A stretch of DNA of 64,000 nt from an uncultured Pelagibacteraceae bacterium (GCA_902588965.1 CACIRD010000005.1:30899-94898), one strand, 5' to 3'. Shown: positions 11,013 through 21,344, numbered from the stretch's first letter. Numbers and translations are program-made. The notes: generated from the sequence alone by a model not told the origin.

Positions 11013-11947
11013 TTTTTTTTATTTATTATTTGTAAAAGTTTGTCCTCATTATCAATTATTAAATCAATTTTTAAAAAATTAATTTTCTTTTGTTGTAAAT
11101 CGTAAATTCTTTCATAATCTTTTTCAGTTGTAATAAGTAAAGCATTCTTTTTTTCTGCATATTTAATAATTTTATTTATATCATTTTTATTAAAACTATA
11201 GTGGTCAGGAAATATAAATTCTCTAATTATTTTAAATTTATTTTCAATTAATGTATTATAAAAATTTTTTGGATTCCCTATTCCTGAAAATGCAACATAA
11301 TCTCTATTTAGATCAAATTCATCTAGGTTAGAAGGCTCATAATGAGAATAAAAAATATTTGGCTTATCTATAATTTTTCTAATCTCATTTTCAACTTTTA
11401 AATTTTTTCCCTTATCACCATTTAAAAAAATTAGATCATATTTTTTTATTGATTCAATATTTTCTCTCAAAGGACCTGCTGGTATCAAAAAACCATTTCC
11501 TTTCCACTGGTTCACATTAAAACAAACAACTTTGATATCATAATTAATAGAGCTATCTTGTAAACCATCATCAAATATTGCAATTTCAAAATTTTCTTCT
11601 ATTGAATTATTCAAAGCGTCTGATCTTTTTTTTTCACAAATTAAATTTGTATATTTTTTTATTAGTTTTTGTTCATCAACCTGATCTTGGTAAAATTTTT
11701 TTATTATAACTGATTTAAATCCCTGTTTATTTAACAATATGTTAATTTTTATAGATAATGGCGTTTTTCCAGTTCCGCCAAGATAAATATTTCCAACACA
11801 AATAGTCTTAATTCTTGTTTCTTTATTTATATTATTTTTTTTCTGAAATAAATTCTTTATAAAAACTGGAAATGTAAATGGTAATAAAATATAGGCTAAT
11901 AAGTTTGGCTTTTCATAATCCCAAAATTTTGGTTTTACAAATTTCAT
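11009..11947 (-). CDS. lpxK: Tetraacyldisaccharide 4'-kinase
   Basis: P-loop GNIYLGGTGKTP and FDDGLQD; 4-nt overlap with lpxL. Confidence 0.85.
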   Translation of the reverse strand: MKFVKPKFWDYEKPNLLAYILLPFTFPVFIKNLFQKKNNINKETRIKTICVGNIYLGGTGKTPLSIKINILLNKQGFKSVIIKKFYQDQVDEQKLIKKYTNLICEKKRSDALNNSIEENFEIAIFDDGLQDSSINYDIKVVCFNVNQWKGNGFLIPAGPLRENIESIKKYDLIFLNGDKGKNLKVENEIRKIIDKPNIFYSHYEPSNLDEFDLNRDYVAFSGIGNPKNFYNTLIENKFKIIREFIFPDHYSFNKNDINKIIKYAEKKNALLITTEKDYERIYDLQQKKINFLKIDLIIDNEDKLLQIINKKK

Positions 11948-11948
11948 T

Positions 11949-13196
11949 TTAAGATAAATCTTTATTAACTTCTTTTAATGTAAATGAGAGTATTTTTACT
12001 CCCAGATTTCTAATTTTTTTAATTACTAATCTTGATCCAGATTTGTTTTTAATTAATTTTTTTACATTTTTAGTTAAGGTGGTCTCTGACAATACCTTAT
12101 TTGATATTTTTAAATTTTTTAACAACTTATATATTTCTTTAAAGTTTTCTATATGTGGCCCGTGAATCACTCTGCATCCAAATCTTACAGGCTCTAGTGG
12201 ATTTTGGCCACCGTGTTTAATTAAAGATCCTCCAACAAAAACAACTTTACTTAAATTAAAAAATAAATTTGTTTCTCCATAAGTATCAACTAAGTAAATA
12301 TCGGTGTTTTTTGAGATATCTTGAGACCAGCTATGGCAATGAACTGTCAGTTTATTTTTCTTAAAAGTTTCAATTAAATCTTCACATCTGTTTGTATGTC
12401 TTGGTATAATTATTGTGACAAAATTTTTATATTTTTTTTTTAAACTTATGTGACTTTTAATACAATATAATTCTTCGGTTTCATGAGTACTTGAGGCACA
12501 CCATGATATTTTATTAGAAAAAAATTTCTTTACTTTTCCTGGAATGATTAATTTTGAAGAATTATTTTGAGAAAATTTTAAATTACCAATAAATCTAATT
12601 TTTTTTAAACCTAAAAAATTTAGATATCTAATAGTTTCTTTATTACTTGGTATAGCTTTGGTAAAACATTGAAAAATTTCTTTTGAAAAATTTTTAAAAA
12701 ATTTCCATCTTTTAAATGATTTATTTGTAATTCTCGCATTAAGTAACACTGATGGTACAGAATTTTTTTTTAAGTTTAATAACATATTAGGCCAAATTTC
12801 AGAGTCTATAAATATTGCCAGAGATGGTTTCCAGTAATTTAGGAAACTATTTGATAAAAAATTTGTATCAATGGGAAAAAATTGATGAATAGTTTTTTTA
12901 AATTTAAATTTTTTAAAAACTTTTGAAGAACTAAGAGTAGAGGATGTCACCAATATTTGGCTTATTTTTTTATTTTTTTCTAATTTTTCTATTAATGGAA
13001 TTACGCTTAAAAGTTCACCAACACTTGCTCCGTGAAACCAGATTAATTTAGATCCATTCTTTTTTTTTGAAAAAAGACAGTATTTTTCTTTAAATCTAAA
13101 TAAATCTTCTTTATTTTTGAAAAGTCTAATTAAAACTATAAAAGGGGATATTATAAAAACTATATTTATTAAGATTCTATATAAAAACAAAAGCAT
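11949..13196 (-). CDS. waaA: 3-deoxy-D-manno-octulosonic acid (Kdo) transferase
   Basis: WFHGASVGE and GGSLIKHGGQNPLEP are characteristic of KdtA/WaaA; 415 aa. Confidence 0.9.
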   Translation of the reverse strand: MLLFLYRILINIVFIISPFIVLIRLFKNKEDLFRFKEKYCLFSKKKNGSKLIWFHGASVGELLSVIPLIEKLEKNKKISQILVTSSTLSSSKVFKKFKFKKTIHQFFPIDTNFLSNSFLNYWKPSLAIFIDSEIWPNMLLNLKKNSVPSVLLNARITNKSFKRWKFFKNFSKEIFQCFTKAIPSNKETIRYLNFLGLKKIRFIGNLKFSQNNSSKLIIPGKVKKFFSNKISWCASSTHETEELYCIKSHISLKKKYKNFVTIIIPRHTNRCEDLIETFKKNKLTVHCHSWSQDISKNTDIYLVDTYGETNLFFNLSKVVFVGGSLIKHGGQNPLEPVRFGCRVIHGPHIENFKEIYKLLKNLKISNKVLSETTLTKNVKKLIKNKSGSRLVIKKIRNLGVKILSFTLKEVNKDLS

Positions 13197-14938
13197 TATT
13201 CTTTTCTAATTTGTTTTTCGTAAAAATTTTTATAAATGGAAGATTTTTTAATTAGTTCATCATGTGTGCCTTCAGCTGAAACTTCACCTTTATTAATTAC
13301 AAAAATTTTATTGGAGTTTAGGATTGTCGAAAGCCTGTGAGCAATAACTATTGTTGTTTTATTTTTTGTTAAAAAACTAATTGCCTCTTGAATTTTACTC
13401 TCTGTTTCCGCATCCAAAGAAGATGTTGCTTCATCTAATAGAATAATAGGTGCTTTTTTAAGCATAGCACGAGCTATAGATAATCTTTGTTTTTCTCCAC
13501 CTGACAAACGAACTCCATTTTCTCCAATTATAGTATTGTATTTGTTAGGCAGCTTCTCAATAAACTCGTGCGCAAAAGACTTTTTAGATGCTTCATGAAT
13601 TTCTTCATCACTAGCATCTAAATTAGCATACTGAATATTATTCTTTATTGTATCGTCGAACAAAGTAGTATCTTGTGTTACTATTGAAATACTTCTTCTT
13701 AAATCATTTATTTTTGCTGAATAAATTGACTGTCCATCAATAGTAATATCACCAGTGTCACAATTGAAAAATCTTGGTATTAGATTAAGAATAGATGATT
13801 TACCAGCACCACTATGACCGACCAAGGCCGTCATTTTACCACCTTTTATTTTCATATTTAAATTTTTTAAAACTAAATTTTCTGATTTATTGTATTTAAA
13901 ATTACAATTAGCAAAATTAATTTCGCAGTTACTTAAATCTAACTTTTTACTATTAGCCTCATCAACAATCTCGTTTTTAGTATCAATAATTGGTAAGATC
14001 CTTTTTGCTGCAGAAAGCCCTGTATTTATAGTCATGTTTAATGTAGCTAGAGACCGCACTGGTTGGTATGCCAACATCATTGCAGCCAAAAATGAAAAAA
14101 AATTATTTATATCTAGTTCATTATTAATAATTAATTTACCAGAATAAAATATAAGAAGTGCAATCATTATACCGGTAAGGGTTTCCATTATTGGAGAAGC
14201 TCTGACAAATACAATTGCAATTTTTTTTGATTTTTCTTTTAATGAATTTAGAAATTTATTAGATCTTTCAGTTTCATAAATTTCCTTTTGAAATATTTTA
14301 ATTAGTTTGTGATTTTTAAATATTTCCATAAGGTAAGTATTTAATTCTCCTGATTTAATTTGAGCTTCAGATGAAACTTTTCCAATTCTTTTTCCCAATG
14401 TTCTTGCTGCCAATGATGCGAGAGGTATCATTATAATTGCTATTAAAGAAAGTTTCCAGTTTTGATAAAACATCACTACTAACAATCCTAATAAAGTAAG
14501 TGTGTCTTTGAAAAGACTTAATATTGCTGTACTAACTAAAGTAGTAATTAAGCTTGTGTCATAGGTAAGGTTAGATACAAACTTTCCGGTATGTTTGTTA
14601 TCAATCAATCCAGTATCAGCTTTAATTAGAGATTTCAACATATCGATTTGAACATTTTTTTTTACATCTTCAGCCACGCCAATCATAATTACTTTTGCAA
14701 GATAAAGAGAGATACCTTTAGCAGTAAAAGCTACAATTATTGCTGCCGGAATTAATAAAATTAAAGTTTGATCTTTCTCTAAGAATATTTTTTTTATCGC
14801 AGGATCTAGAAGCCAAGCAATAGCAGAGGTAGCTGCAGCTACAATTATAGATAAAAACATAGCGATAATTATTTTTTTTACAAACGATTTTGTATAGTCA
14901 TTATAAAGTCTTTTTATAATTTTAAAATTGCTTGTCAT
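13196..14938 (-). CDS. msbA: ABC exporter, MsbA-like lipid A flippase
   Basis: Six-TM domain plus a nucleotide-binding domain with GHSGAGKSS, LSGGEKQR and ILLDEATSSLD. It lies upstream of waaA-lpxK-lpxL. Confidence 0.85.
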   Translation of the reverse strand: MTSNFKIIKRLYNDYTKSFVKKIIIAMFLSIIVAAATSAIAWLLDPAIKKIFLEKDQTLILLIPAAIIVAFTAKGISLYLAKVIMIGVAEDVKKNVQIDMLKSLIKADTGLIDNKHTGKFVSNLTYDTSLITTLVSTAILSLFKDTLTLLGLLVVMFYQNWKLSLIAIIMIPLASLAARTLGKRIGKVSSEAQIKSGELNTYLMEIFKNHKLIKIFQKEIYETERSNKFLNSLKEKSKKIAIVFVRASPIMETLTGIMIALLIFYSGKLIINNELDINNFFSFLAAMMLAYQPVRSLATLNMTINTGLSAAKRILPIIDTKNEIVDEANSKKLDLSNCEINFANCNFKYNKSENLVLKNLNMKIKGGKMTALVGHSGAGKSSILNLIPRFFNCDTGDITIDGQSIYSAKINDLRRSISIVTQDTTLFDDTIKNNIQYANLDASDEEIHEASKKSFAHEFIEKLPNKYNTIIGENGVRLSGGEKQRLSIARAMLKKAPIILLDEATSSLDAETESKIQEAISFLTKNKTTIVIAHRLSTILNSNKIFVINKGEVSAEGTHDELIKKSSIYKNFYEKQIRKE

Positions 14939-15804
14939 TGTATAATTTTACCAACTAGTAAATTTAAAAAAATAAGTAAACCTAAAAAATTATTTGATTT
15001 AAAAATATTTAAGCAGCTTTTATGTGAGCTGATATCAAGGTTTTTAATTTGAAATAAAAATAAATGCATACTTATTATTATTAGTCCTCCATAATAAATT
15101 TTAGAAAAGTTCATAAAAATTCCCAAATAAATTAAAGTTAAAATAAAAATTAAATAACATAAAAGTATGAATAATTTTGGATTTTTTTTAAATTTTATTG
15201 ATGTAGATTTTACTCCTATAATTTCATCATCTTTAATATCTTGAAATCCATATATTGTGTCGTAACCTAATGTCCAAAATATGGCTCCAAAATAAAAAAT
15301 TGTAGCTACACTACCAATTTCAGAGTTTATTGAGGCCCAACCTAAAATTAATCCATAATTAAATGTAATACCCAAAAATAACTGAGGCCAATAAGTATAT
15401 CTTTTCATCAAAGGATATGTAAATGCAAAAGGCATAGAAAGCAAAGCAAGAACAATTGTAAAAAAATTGAACTGAATTAAAACCATAAAGGCTATGATGC
15501 AAAGCATTGAAGCATAAACTAAGCTTAATTTTATTGAAATCTTTCCTGAAGCAATTGGTCTATCTTTAGTTCTTTCTACCTTAGTGTCAAAATCTTTGTC
15601 TAATATATCATTTATAATACAACCTGCTGATCTCATTAAAACTGATCCAAAAAAAAACAATAAACCAAATTTTATGAAAGTTTTTATATCATTTGAAAAA
15701 TCATATCCGATTGTAAGTCCCCAAATACAAGGCCAAAATAAAAGCATGTAACCTATTGGTCTAGTTATTCTAGTAAGCTGGATAAAAAGATAAATTTGAT
15801 TCAT
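14935..15804 (-). CDS. ubiA: 4-hydroxybenzoate polyprenyltransferase
   Basis: UbiA prenyltransferase motifs NDILDKDFDTKVERTKDRP and YGFQDIKDDEIIG in a polytopic membrane protein. Confidence 0.9.
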   Translation of the reverse strand: MNQIYLFIQLTRITRPIGYMLLFWPCIWGLTIGYDFSNDIKTFIKFGLLFFFGSVLMRSAGCIINDILDKDFDTKVERTKDRPIASGKISIKLSLVYASMLCIIAFMVLIQFNFFTIVLALLSMPFAFTYPLMKRYTYWPQLFLGITFNYGLILGWASINSEIGSVATIFYFGAIFWTLGYDTIYGFQDIKDDEIIGVKSTSIKFKKNPKLFILLCYLIFILTLIYLGIFMNFSKIYYGGLIIISMHLFLFQIKNLDISSHKSCLNIFKSNNFLGLLIFLNLLVGKIIQ

Positions 15805-15856
15805 TAAATTTTACTTGTAAATAGCAAAGCATAGTTTCATAATCAAACTGATTCGT

Positions 15857-16252
15857 ATGAATATAGATTACACTGTAACGGCCTTGATGTTTCCTGCAAT
15901 ACCTTTATTAATGAGTGTTTATAGTAATAGATTCCATACTCTGAGCAAACTAATAAGAGAGTTACATGACGAGCATGTATACGAAAAACATGTCCCACCA
16001 GAATGGCAAAAACAGTTTATAAATTTGAGTGGAAGAATTGAAATACTTAGGTGGACAATAATGTTTGCCGCTTTTGGTTTTTTATTTAATATGTTGACTG
16101 TTTTCGCTCTCTATTTAGATGAGGTATTTACGGCTAGAGTTATATTTGGGTCTTGCTGTTTATCTATGATTATATCTATAATTTTTTTTATAAGGGAAAT
16201 TCAAATATCAACGAATGCTCTTAAGCTGCATATGTCAGATATGGATGTCTAA
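15857..16252 (+). CDS. DUF2721-like membrane protein
   Basis: MFPAIPLLMSVYSNRFHTLSKLIRELH followed by two C-terminal TM segments; family-level resemblance only. Confidence 0.55.
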   Translation: MNIDYTVTALMFPAIPLLMSVYSNRFHTLSKLIRELHDEHVYEKHVPPEWQKQFINLSGRIEILRWTIMFAAFGFLFNMLTVFALYLDEVFTARVIFGSCCLSMIISIIFFIREIQISTNALKLHMSDMDV

Positions 16253-17227
16253 TTAATCAGGAACAATTATTGCTGGTCCAATTATTTTTCTGCTTTCCAA
16301 GTCTTTATGTGCTTGAACAGCATTTGATAGAGAATATTTTTTAAATAATTTAATTTGAACCTTATTAGATTTAATCATACTAAAAAGCTTATCAGCAGCT
16401 TCATCAAGTTCTTTCCTTGTAGAAGTATAATGAGCTATACTTGGCCGAGTAAAAAATAATCCTTTAGGCGATATTAATTTTCCTACATCTAATGGATCTA
16501 GCTTTCCTGAAGCGTTTCCAAAAGATACAAATGTACCTCTCATTTTTAAACAAGCTAGAGATTTTTCCATAGTACTCTTTCCAACACCATCATAAACAAC
16601 TGGCAATCCTTCATTATTGGTTATTTTCATAACCTCTTCCTGAAAATTTTTTTTAGAATAGTTAATAACATGCGCACACCCATTTTTTTTTGCGATTTCT
16701 ATTTTTTCCTCAGAACCTACAGTCCCAATGACTTTACAACCTAGGCTTTTTGCCCACTGGCAAAATATTTGTCCAACACCTCCAGCAGCAGCATGAAACA
16801 ATATAGTTTGACCTGGTTTAACTTTGTATGTTTTGTGAAGCAAATAAAATGTTGTTAAACCTTTAGTCATTAAAGATGCTACAATTTCTAAATCAACACC
16901 ATCAGGAACTTTTACAAGATTTTTTATTGGATAAATTCTATGTGTTGCGTAAGAGCCAATAGGTGCTGCTGCATAGGCAACTTTATCACCTTCCTTAAAG
17001 CCGTTAGTGTTTGTTCCTACTTTTTCTATTATACCCGCACCTTCTAATCCTAAGCCCGAAGGCAGAGGAACAGGATATAATCCTGAGCGGTGATATGTAT
17101 CAATATAGTTTAAACCAATAGCATGATGTTTAATTAAAACCTCACCATCTTTAGGGTTACCTAGTTTAATATCTTCAATTTTCAGAACCTCAGGACCGCC
17201 GTTTTTTTTTATTTCAATAGCTTTCAT
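16253..17227 (-). CDS. qor: NADPH:quinone oxidoreductase (zeta-crystallin type MDR)
   Basis: 324 aa with the AAAGGVGQ nucleotide motif, GroES-like N-domain and no structural-zinc Cys cluster. Confidence 0.85.
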   Translation of the reverse strand: MKAIEIKKNGGPEVLKIEDIKLGNPKDGEVLIKHHAIGLNYIDTYHRSGLYPVPLPSGLGLEGAGIIEKVGTNTNGFKEGDKVAYAAAPIGSYATHRIYPIKNLVKVPDGVDLEIVASLMTKGLTTFYLLHKTYKVKPGQTILFHAAAGGVGQIFCQWAKSLGCKVIGTVGSEEKIEIAKKNGCAHVINYSKKNFQEEVMKITNNEGLPVVYDGVGKSTMEKSLACLKMRGTFVSFGNASGKLDPLDVGKLISPKGLFFTRPSIAHYTSTRKELDEAADKLFSMIKSNKVQIKLFKKYSLSNAVQAHKDLESRKIIGPAIIVPD

Positions 17228-17229
17228 TT

Positions 17230-18081
17230 TTATTTTACAAATGTACCATTATGAAAATCATTTACAGCCTCTAATATCTCAGATTTTGTATTCATTACAA
17301 AAGGACCACCTCTGGCTATTTTTTCGTTAATAGGCTTTCCTGAAATAAGTAAGAATTTCGAGTCTGATCCGGCTTTTAACTGAAGATTTTTTCCTTGAGT
17401 TAATAAAATTAAAGTAGAATTTTTAATAACCTCATGGTTTCCTTCGCCAATTTTAATTTCTCCAGATATTAAATAAATTAGTGAATTATGTGTTGAGGGT
17501 AGATCAAAATTAAATTCTTTATTTTTTTTAAGTTCTACATCAAAGTAAATAGGCTGGATATTATGTCCTTTAATAGGTCCTTCTGCATTCATAAATTTTC
17601 CTGCTATTGTTTTTACTTTTTTTTCATCATCTTTGTAAGTTTGCATTTCTTCTGAGTTTATATAAATGTAATTGGGCTTACTCATTTTCAATTTAGATGG
17701 CATATTGATCCATAATTGAAATCCTTGAAGTTTGCCATTAGTCATTGCTGGCATTTCAGAATGAATTATACCACTACCAGTTTTCATCCACTGTACATCC
17801 CCGGCTTTCATTCTCCCTTTTGATCCAGTACTATCCTCATGTTCAAATTCACCGTGCAACATGTAAGTCACTGTCTCTATTCCTCTATGAGGATGAGCAG
17901 GAAAACCACCAACATAATCTTCTTTATTCTCTGATCCAAATTCATCTAACATTAAAAAAGGATCATAGTAGCTTGGTTCAACACCAATACTTCTTTTTAA
18001 TTTTACTCCGGCACCGTCAGAAGAATTTACCGGCTTTATAATTTTTTGAACTTCAATATTTTTCATATTTTTATTTAGCAA
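17230..18081 (-). CDS. Pirin family protein
   Basis: Bicupin with the metal site HPHRGIETVTYMLHGEFEHED. Confidence 0.9.
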   Translation of the reverse strand: MLNKNMKNIEVQKIIKPVNSSDGAGVKLKRSIGVEPSYYDPFLMLDEFGSENKEDYVGGFPAHPHRGIETVTYMLHGEFEHEDSTGSKGRMKAGDVQWMKTGSGIIHSEMPAMTNGKLQGFQLWINMPSKLKMSKPNYIYINSEEMQTYKDDEKKVKTIAGKFMNAEGPIKGHNIQPIYFDVELKKNKEFNFDLPSTHNSLIYLISGEIKIGEGNHEVIKNSTLILLTQGKNLQLKAGSDSKFLLISGKPINEKIARGGPFVMNTKSEILEAVNDFHNGTFVK

Positions 18082-18448
18082 ATTTTTTATCTAAACTGAA
18101 ATCTTTTGCACCATTTATAATTAAAAATAAAAAACCTCCTGCCAGCGCAATATTTTTCATAAATGCTATAAATTGAGTTTGATTTGAAAAATCATTATGA
18201 AAAATAACTGCAGTCATTATGCAGAAAATGCAAAGTAAAGCAGCAGATATTTTAACTTTATATCCAATTACAATTAAAATTGGTGAAATAACTTCTAAAA
18301 TAATTGCGGGAATTAAAAAAATCCCCGGCATTCCCATTGACTCCATCCATTGAACAGTTCCTTCGTAATTTTTTATTTTATTTAAGCCACTAATAAAAAA
18401 AATAATTGAAATAAATGTTCTGCCAATAAAATCAAGAATATTTGCCAT
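18071..18448 (-). CDS. DoxX family membrane protein
   Basis: 125-aa four-TM protein with DoxX-like layout; overlaps the pirin start by 11 nt. Confidence 0.75.
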   Translation of the reverse strand: MANILDFIGRTFISIIFFISGLNKIKNYEGTVQWMESMGMPGIFLIPAIILEVISPILIVIGYKVKISAALLCIFCIMTAVIFHNDFSNQTQFIAFMKNIALAGGFLFLIINGAKDFSLDKKFAK

Positions 18449-18465
18449 CTAGGGTATTTAACTCA

Positions 18466-19131
18466 CTATTTAATAATATCAAGTAGACCATTTAGACTTT
18501 TAATCTCATTTTTTGCCGAATAATCAAGTTTATCAAAAAAATTATTATTTCTATTTACCCAAATGCTATTATAACCGTAATTACCACCACCAGAAACATC
18601 CCAAGTATTAGCACTTAAATAAACAACCTCATCTTTTTTAATACTATATTTTTTAATTGGTATATCGTAGACTTTTGAATCTGGCTTATATATTCCTACT
18701 TCCTCTATAGAAAAAATATCATCAAATAATTCATTTAAATTATTGCTTTCAACTAATTCTTTCAGAAGAGAAGGAGTTCCATTTGAAAGTATTGCCAATT
18801 TATAATTCTTATATTTTAGATTTTTTAAAATTTCGCTTACTTCTGGGTAAGTTTGTAATATTTTGTAAAGATCCAATAGTTCATTTTTCATTGAAACATC
18901 TATTTTAAATATCTTCATTGATTTTTCCAGACTATCCTCAGTTATTTGCCAAAAGTCTTTATGTCTTTTCATTAAACTTCTAAGCCAAGTATATTCCAAT
19001 TGAGTAGTTCTCCAATAATTTGCAAAATTTTCCCATTTATCCCCTATCTTGCCTTTACATCTCTCAGCTGCTGAGTTCACATCAAATAAAGTGCCATAAG
19101 CATCAAATATTATTGCTTTAATATTTTTCAT
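18466..19131 (-). CDS. Haloacid dehalogenase, type II (L-2-haloacid dehalogenase-like)
   Basis: IFDAYGTLFDV (nucleophile Asp), TQLEYTWLRSLM, ILSNG, and length typical of HAD type II dehalogenases. Confidence 0.75.
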   Translation of the reverse strand: MKNIKAIIFDAYGTLFDVNSAAERCKGKIGDKWENFANYWRTTQLEYTWLRSLMKRHKDFWQITEDSLEKSMKIFKIDVSMKNELLDLYKILQTYPEVSEILKNLKYKNYKLAILSNGTPSLLKELVESNNLNELFDDIFSIEEVGIYKPDSKVYDIPIKKYSIKKDEVVYLSANTWDVSGGGNYGYNSIWVNRNNNFFDKLDYSAKNEIKSLNGLLDIIK

Positions 19132-19147
19132 AAACTATTTTGTAATA

Positions 19148-19849
19148 ATGAGCAATGTTAGACTATTTTATCAAGAAAGTTTATATAAAAATTTAATTTC
19201 AGTTTTAGACAAACCACAATCTCATTACTTGATTAAAGTAATGAGAATAAAAATCGGACAAAATTTTTCTTTGTTTAACCAAGACGGTGAATGGGAAGCT
19301 AAAATAAATCAAGTGAATAAAGGAATGGTAGAGTTTCAAGTGACTAAAAAATTGAGATCAATTATAAGTGAAAGAGAAGTTCATCTAGCATTTGCGCCTA
19401 TAAAATCAAACTATTTAAATGTCATGATACAAAAAGCTACCGAATTAGGTGTAACAAAATTTATACCAATAATTAGTGACAGAACAATAGTAAGAAAGAT
19501 AAATGAAAAACGTTTAAAAAAAATTATCATTGAAGCTTCAGAACAAAGCAATAGAATTAAAGTCCCGACTTTAGAAAAAACTTTAAAACTTAAAGATTTT
19601 TTAAAAATTAATTATAAAACAAATATCATGTTTGGAGATCTAAACACTGATAATATAAAGTTTGATATAAAAAAAATAGACCCTATATGTGTATTGGTAG
19701 GACCGGAGGGGGACTTTACCACGAAGGAAAGAAGCGATATTTTAAAATTAAAAAATGTTAAACCTGTTAAAATAAATAGAAATATTTTAAGATCTGAAAC
19801 TGCAGCAATTTCAATGATATCTATATTAAGTTATAATCTTTTATCTTAA
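19148..19849 (+). CDS. rsmE: 16S rRNA (uracil1498-N3)-methyltransferase
   Basis: RsmE-like layout with C-terminal LVGPEGDFTTKE and LRSETA motifs. Confidence 0.85.
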   Translation: MSNVRLFYQESLYKNLISVLDKPQSHYLIKVMRIKIGQNFSLFNQDGEWEAKINQVNKGMVEFQVTKKLRSIISEREVHLAFAPIKSNYLNVMIQKATELGVTKFIPIISDRTIVRKINEKRLKKIIIEASEQSNRIKVPTLEKTLKLKDFLKINYKTNIMFGDLNTDNIKFDIKKIDPICVLVGPEGDFTTKERSDILKLKNVKPVKINRNILRSETAAISMISILSYNLLS

Positions 19850-20431
19850 ATATTTATTTATAGTTTTAAAAATTTCTTCATAACTTGCATGATGACTAAT
19901 GCGAGCAAGATATTTACCATCTTCAAGCAACATTATGGATGAGCTGTGATTAATTAAATAATTACCATCTTCAGTAAATATTTTTTCAGATAAGACACCC
20001 CATGATTGCGATAAAAGCCAAACTTTTTGTGGATCGCCAGTAATACCATAAATTTGATTTTCAAATGTATTTAAATAGTCTTTTATTACTTTTGTGGTAT
20101 CTCTCTCCGGATCAATACTAACAAAAAAAATTTTAAACTTATTTTTCTTTTTATTTTCTAAATTTTTTACTACAAGGTCTAAATTATTTAATGTCATTGG
20201 ACAAATATCTGGACAATTTGTAAAACCAAAAAAAATTGCTGTTAGTGGTCCATCAAAAGATTTTTCTGTAATTGTGTTATTGTTAACATCTTTTAAAGAA
20301 AATTCAGAACCCTTTAAAGATGCGACAAACTCATCCTTCGCACCTTTGAGTGATAAAAAAGTTGGTAGTGCAATAAATAAAAAAATAAAAAGACAACCAG
20401 ATATAATTATAATTGAGGTTTTTAGTTTCAT
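19841..20431 (-). CDS. SCO1/SenC copper chaperone for cytochrome oxidase
   Basis: N-terminal TM and thioredoxin fold with FGFTNCPDICP (CxxxC) plus a downstream His (INHSS). Confidence 0.85.
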   Translation of the reverse strand: MKLKTSIIIISGCLFIFLFIALPTFLSLKGAKDEFVASLKGSEFSLKDVNNNTITEKSFDGPLTAIFFGFTNCPDICPMTLNNLDLVVKNLENKKKNKFKIFFVSIDPERDTTKVIKDYLNTFENQIYGITGDPQKVWLLSQSWGVLSEKIFTEDGNYLINHSSSIMLLEDGKYLARISHHASYEEIFKTINKYLR

Positions 20432-20467
20432 TATTGATTTATTAATTTATAGTATTATATAAATTCT

Positions 20468-21148
20468 ATGATTAGTATTTTAAAGAAACTTTTTGGCACA
20501 TTGCTTGAAAAACCTTGGGAAAGTGAACAAGCATCAATTGATAATACCCACGAAGGAAAAACTTTTAACATTTCGGTACAAAAGTCTGCTGTTATAATTA
20601 TTTTTGGTATTGCCACATGTTTGTTTAGTTTAATATTTACCAGCTACCTTTATACTCTCCCGCCTGATCAAGATACTAGATATCTTCTTAGACCAAATTT
20701 GCTATGGATAAATACGTTAATTCTTTTTTTTGTAACTTTTTTTTTCGCTAAAATAACTAATGATTTGGAAAAAAAAGTAACTATAAAAATAAAAAAAAAT
20801 CTTATAATTGTTGGAGGCCTAACTTATTTATTTTTATTTGGTCAAATAATTTTTTGGTTTCAACTAATGAAAAGTGGAAAGTTTATATCTACAAATTCGT
20901 ATTTTTCCTCTTTTTATATTTTTACTGCATTACATGGATTACATCTTTTGGGTGGATTATTTTTTTGGGGAAAAGTCGCTTCAAAAGTTTTAAAATTAGA
21001 ACAAAATAAAATTTTAGAAGAAGAAAAAAATATATCAGCATTGTCTATGTATTGGACGTACTTATTAATAATATGGTTAGCGTTTTTTTTAATGATTTTT
21101 ATTTTTAATGATGCAGTTATAGATTGGTGTAAATCTTTAATTTCTTAA
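20468..21148 (+). CDS. Cytochrome oxidase subunit III-family paralog (NorE-like 5-TM protein)
   Basis: FTALHGLHLLGGLFFW and SMYWTYLLIIWLAFF parallel FHGTHVSIGVIFL and LYWHFVDLVWVFIF of the bona fide subunit III at 24159-24869. Confidence 0.6.
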   Translation: MISILKKLFGTLLEKPWESEQASIDNTHEGKTFNISVQKSAVIIIFGIATCLFSLIFTSYLYTLPPDQDTRYLLRPNLLWINTLILFFVTFFFAKITNDLEKKVTIKIKKNLIIVGGLTYLFLFGQIIFWFQLMKSGKFISTNSYFSSFYIFTALHGLHLLGGLFFWGKVASKVLKLEQNKILEEEKNISALSMYWTYLLIIWLAFFLMIFIFNDAVIDWCKSLIS

Positions 21149-21152
21149 AATT

Positions 21153-21344
21153 TTATAAAAACAAAACTAAAATTGATCCAACAACAGCTATAATAGCCAA
21201 TAAAATATTTACAGATTTTAAATATCTTTTTGTCTCTGGTTTTAAAGGACCCTTTGAAAACACTCCAGCTCCTAAAGAGATAACGATAAAGAATAAAAAT
21301 ACTAATACGAGTATTGTTACTAGAATCCCGAGTTTGCTTAACAT
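21153..21344 (-). CDS. Hypothetical 63-aa two-TM membrane protein
   Basis: The ORF fills the gap between the Cox3-like gene and coxB. It has two clear hydrophobic helices and no recognisable family. Confidence 0.4.
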   Translation of the reverse strand: MLSKLGILVTILVLVFLFFIVISLGAGVFSKGPLKPETKRYLKSVNILLAIIAVVGSILVLFL

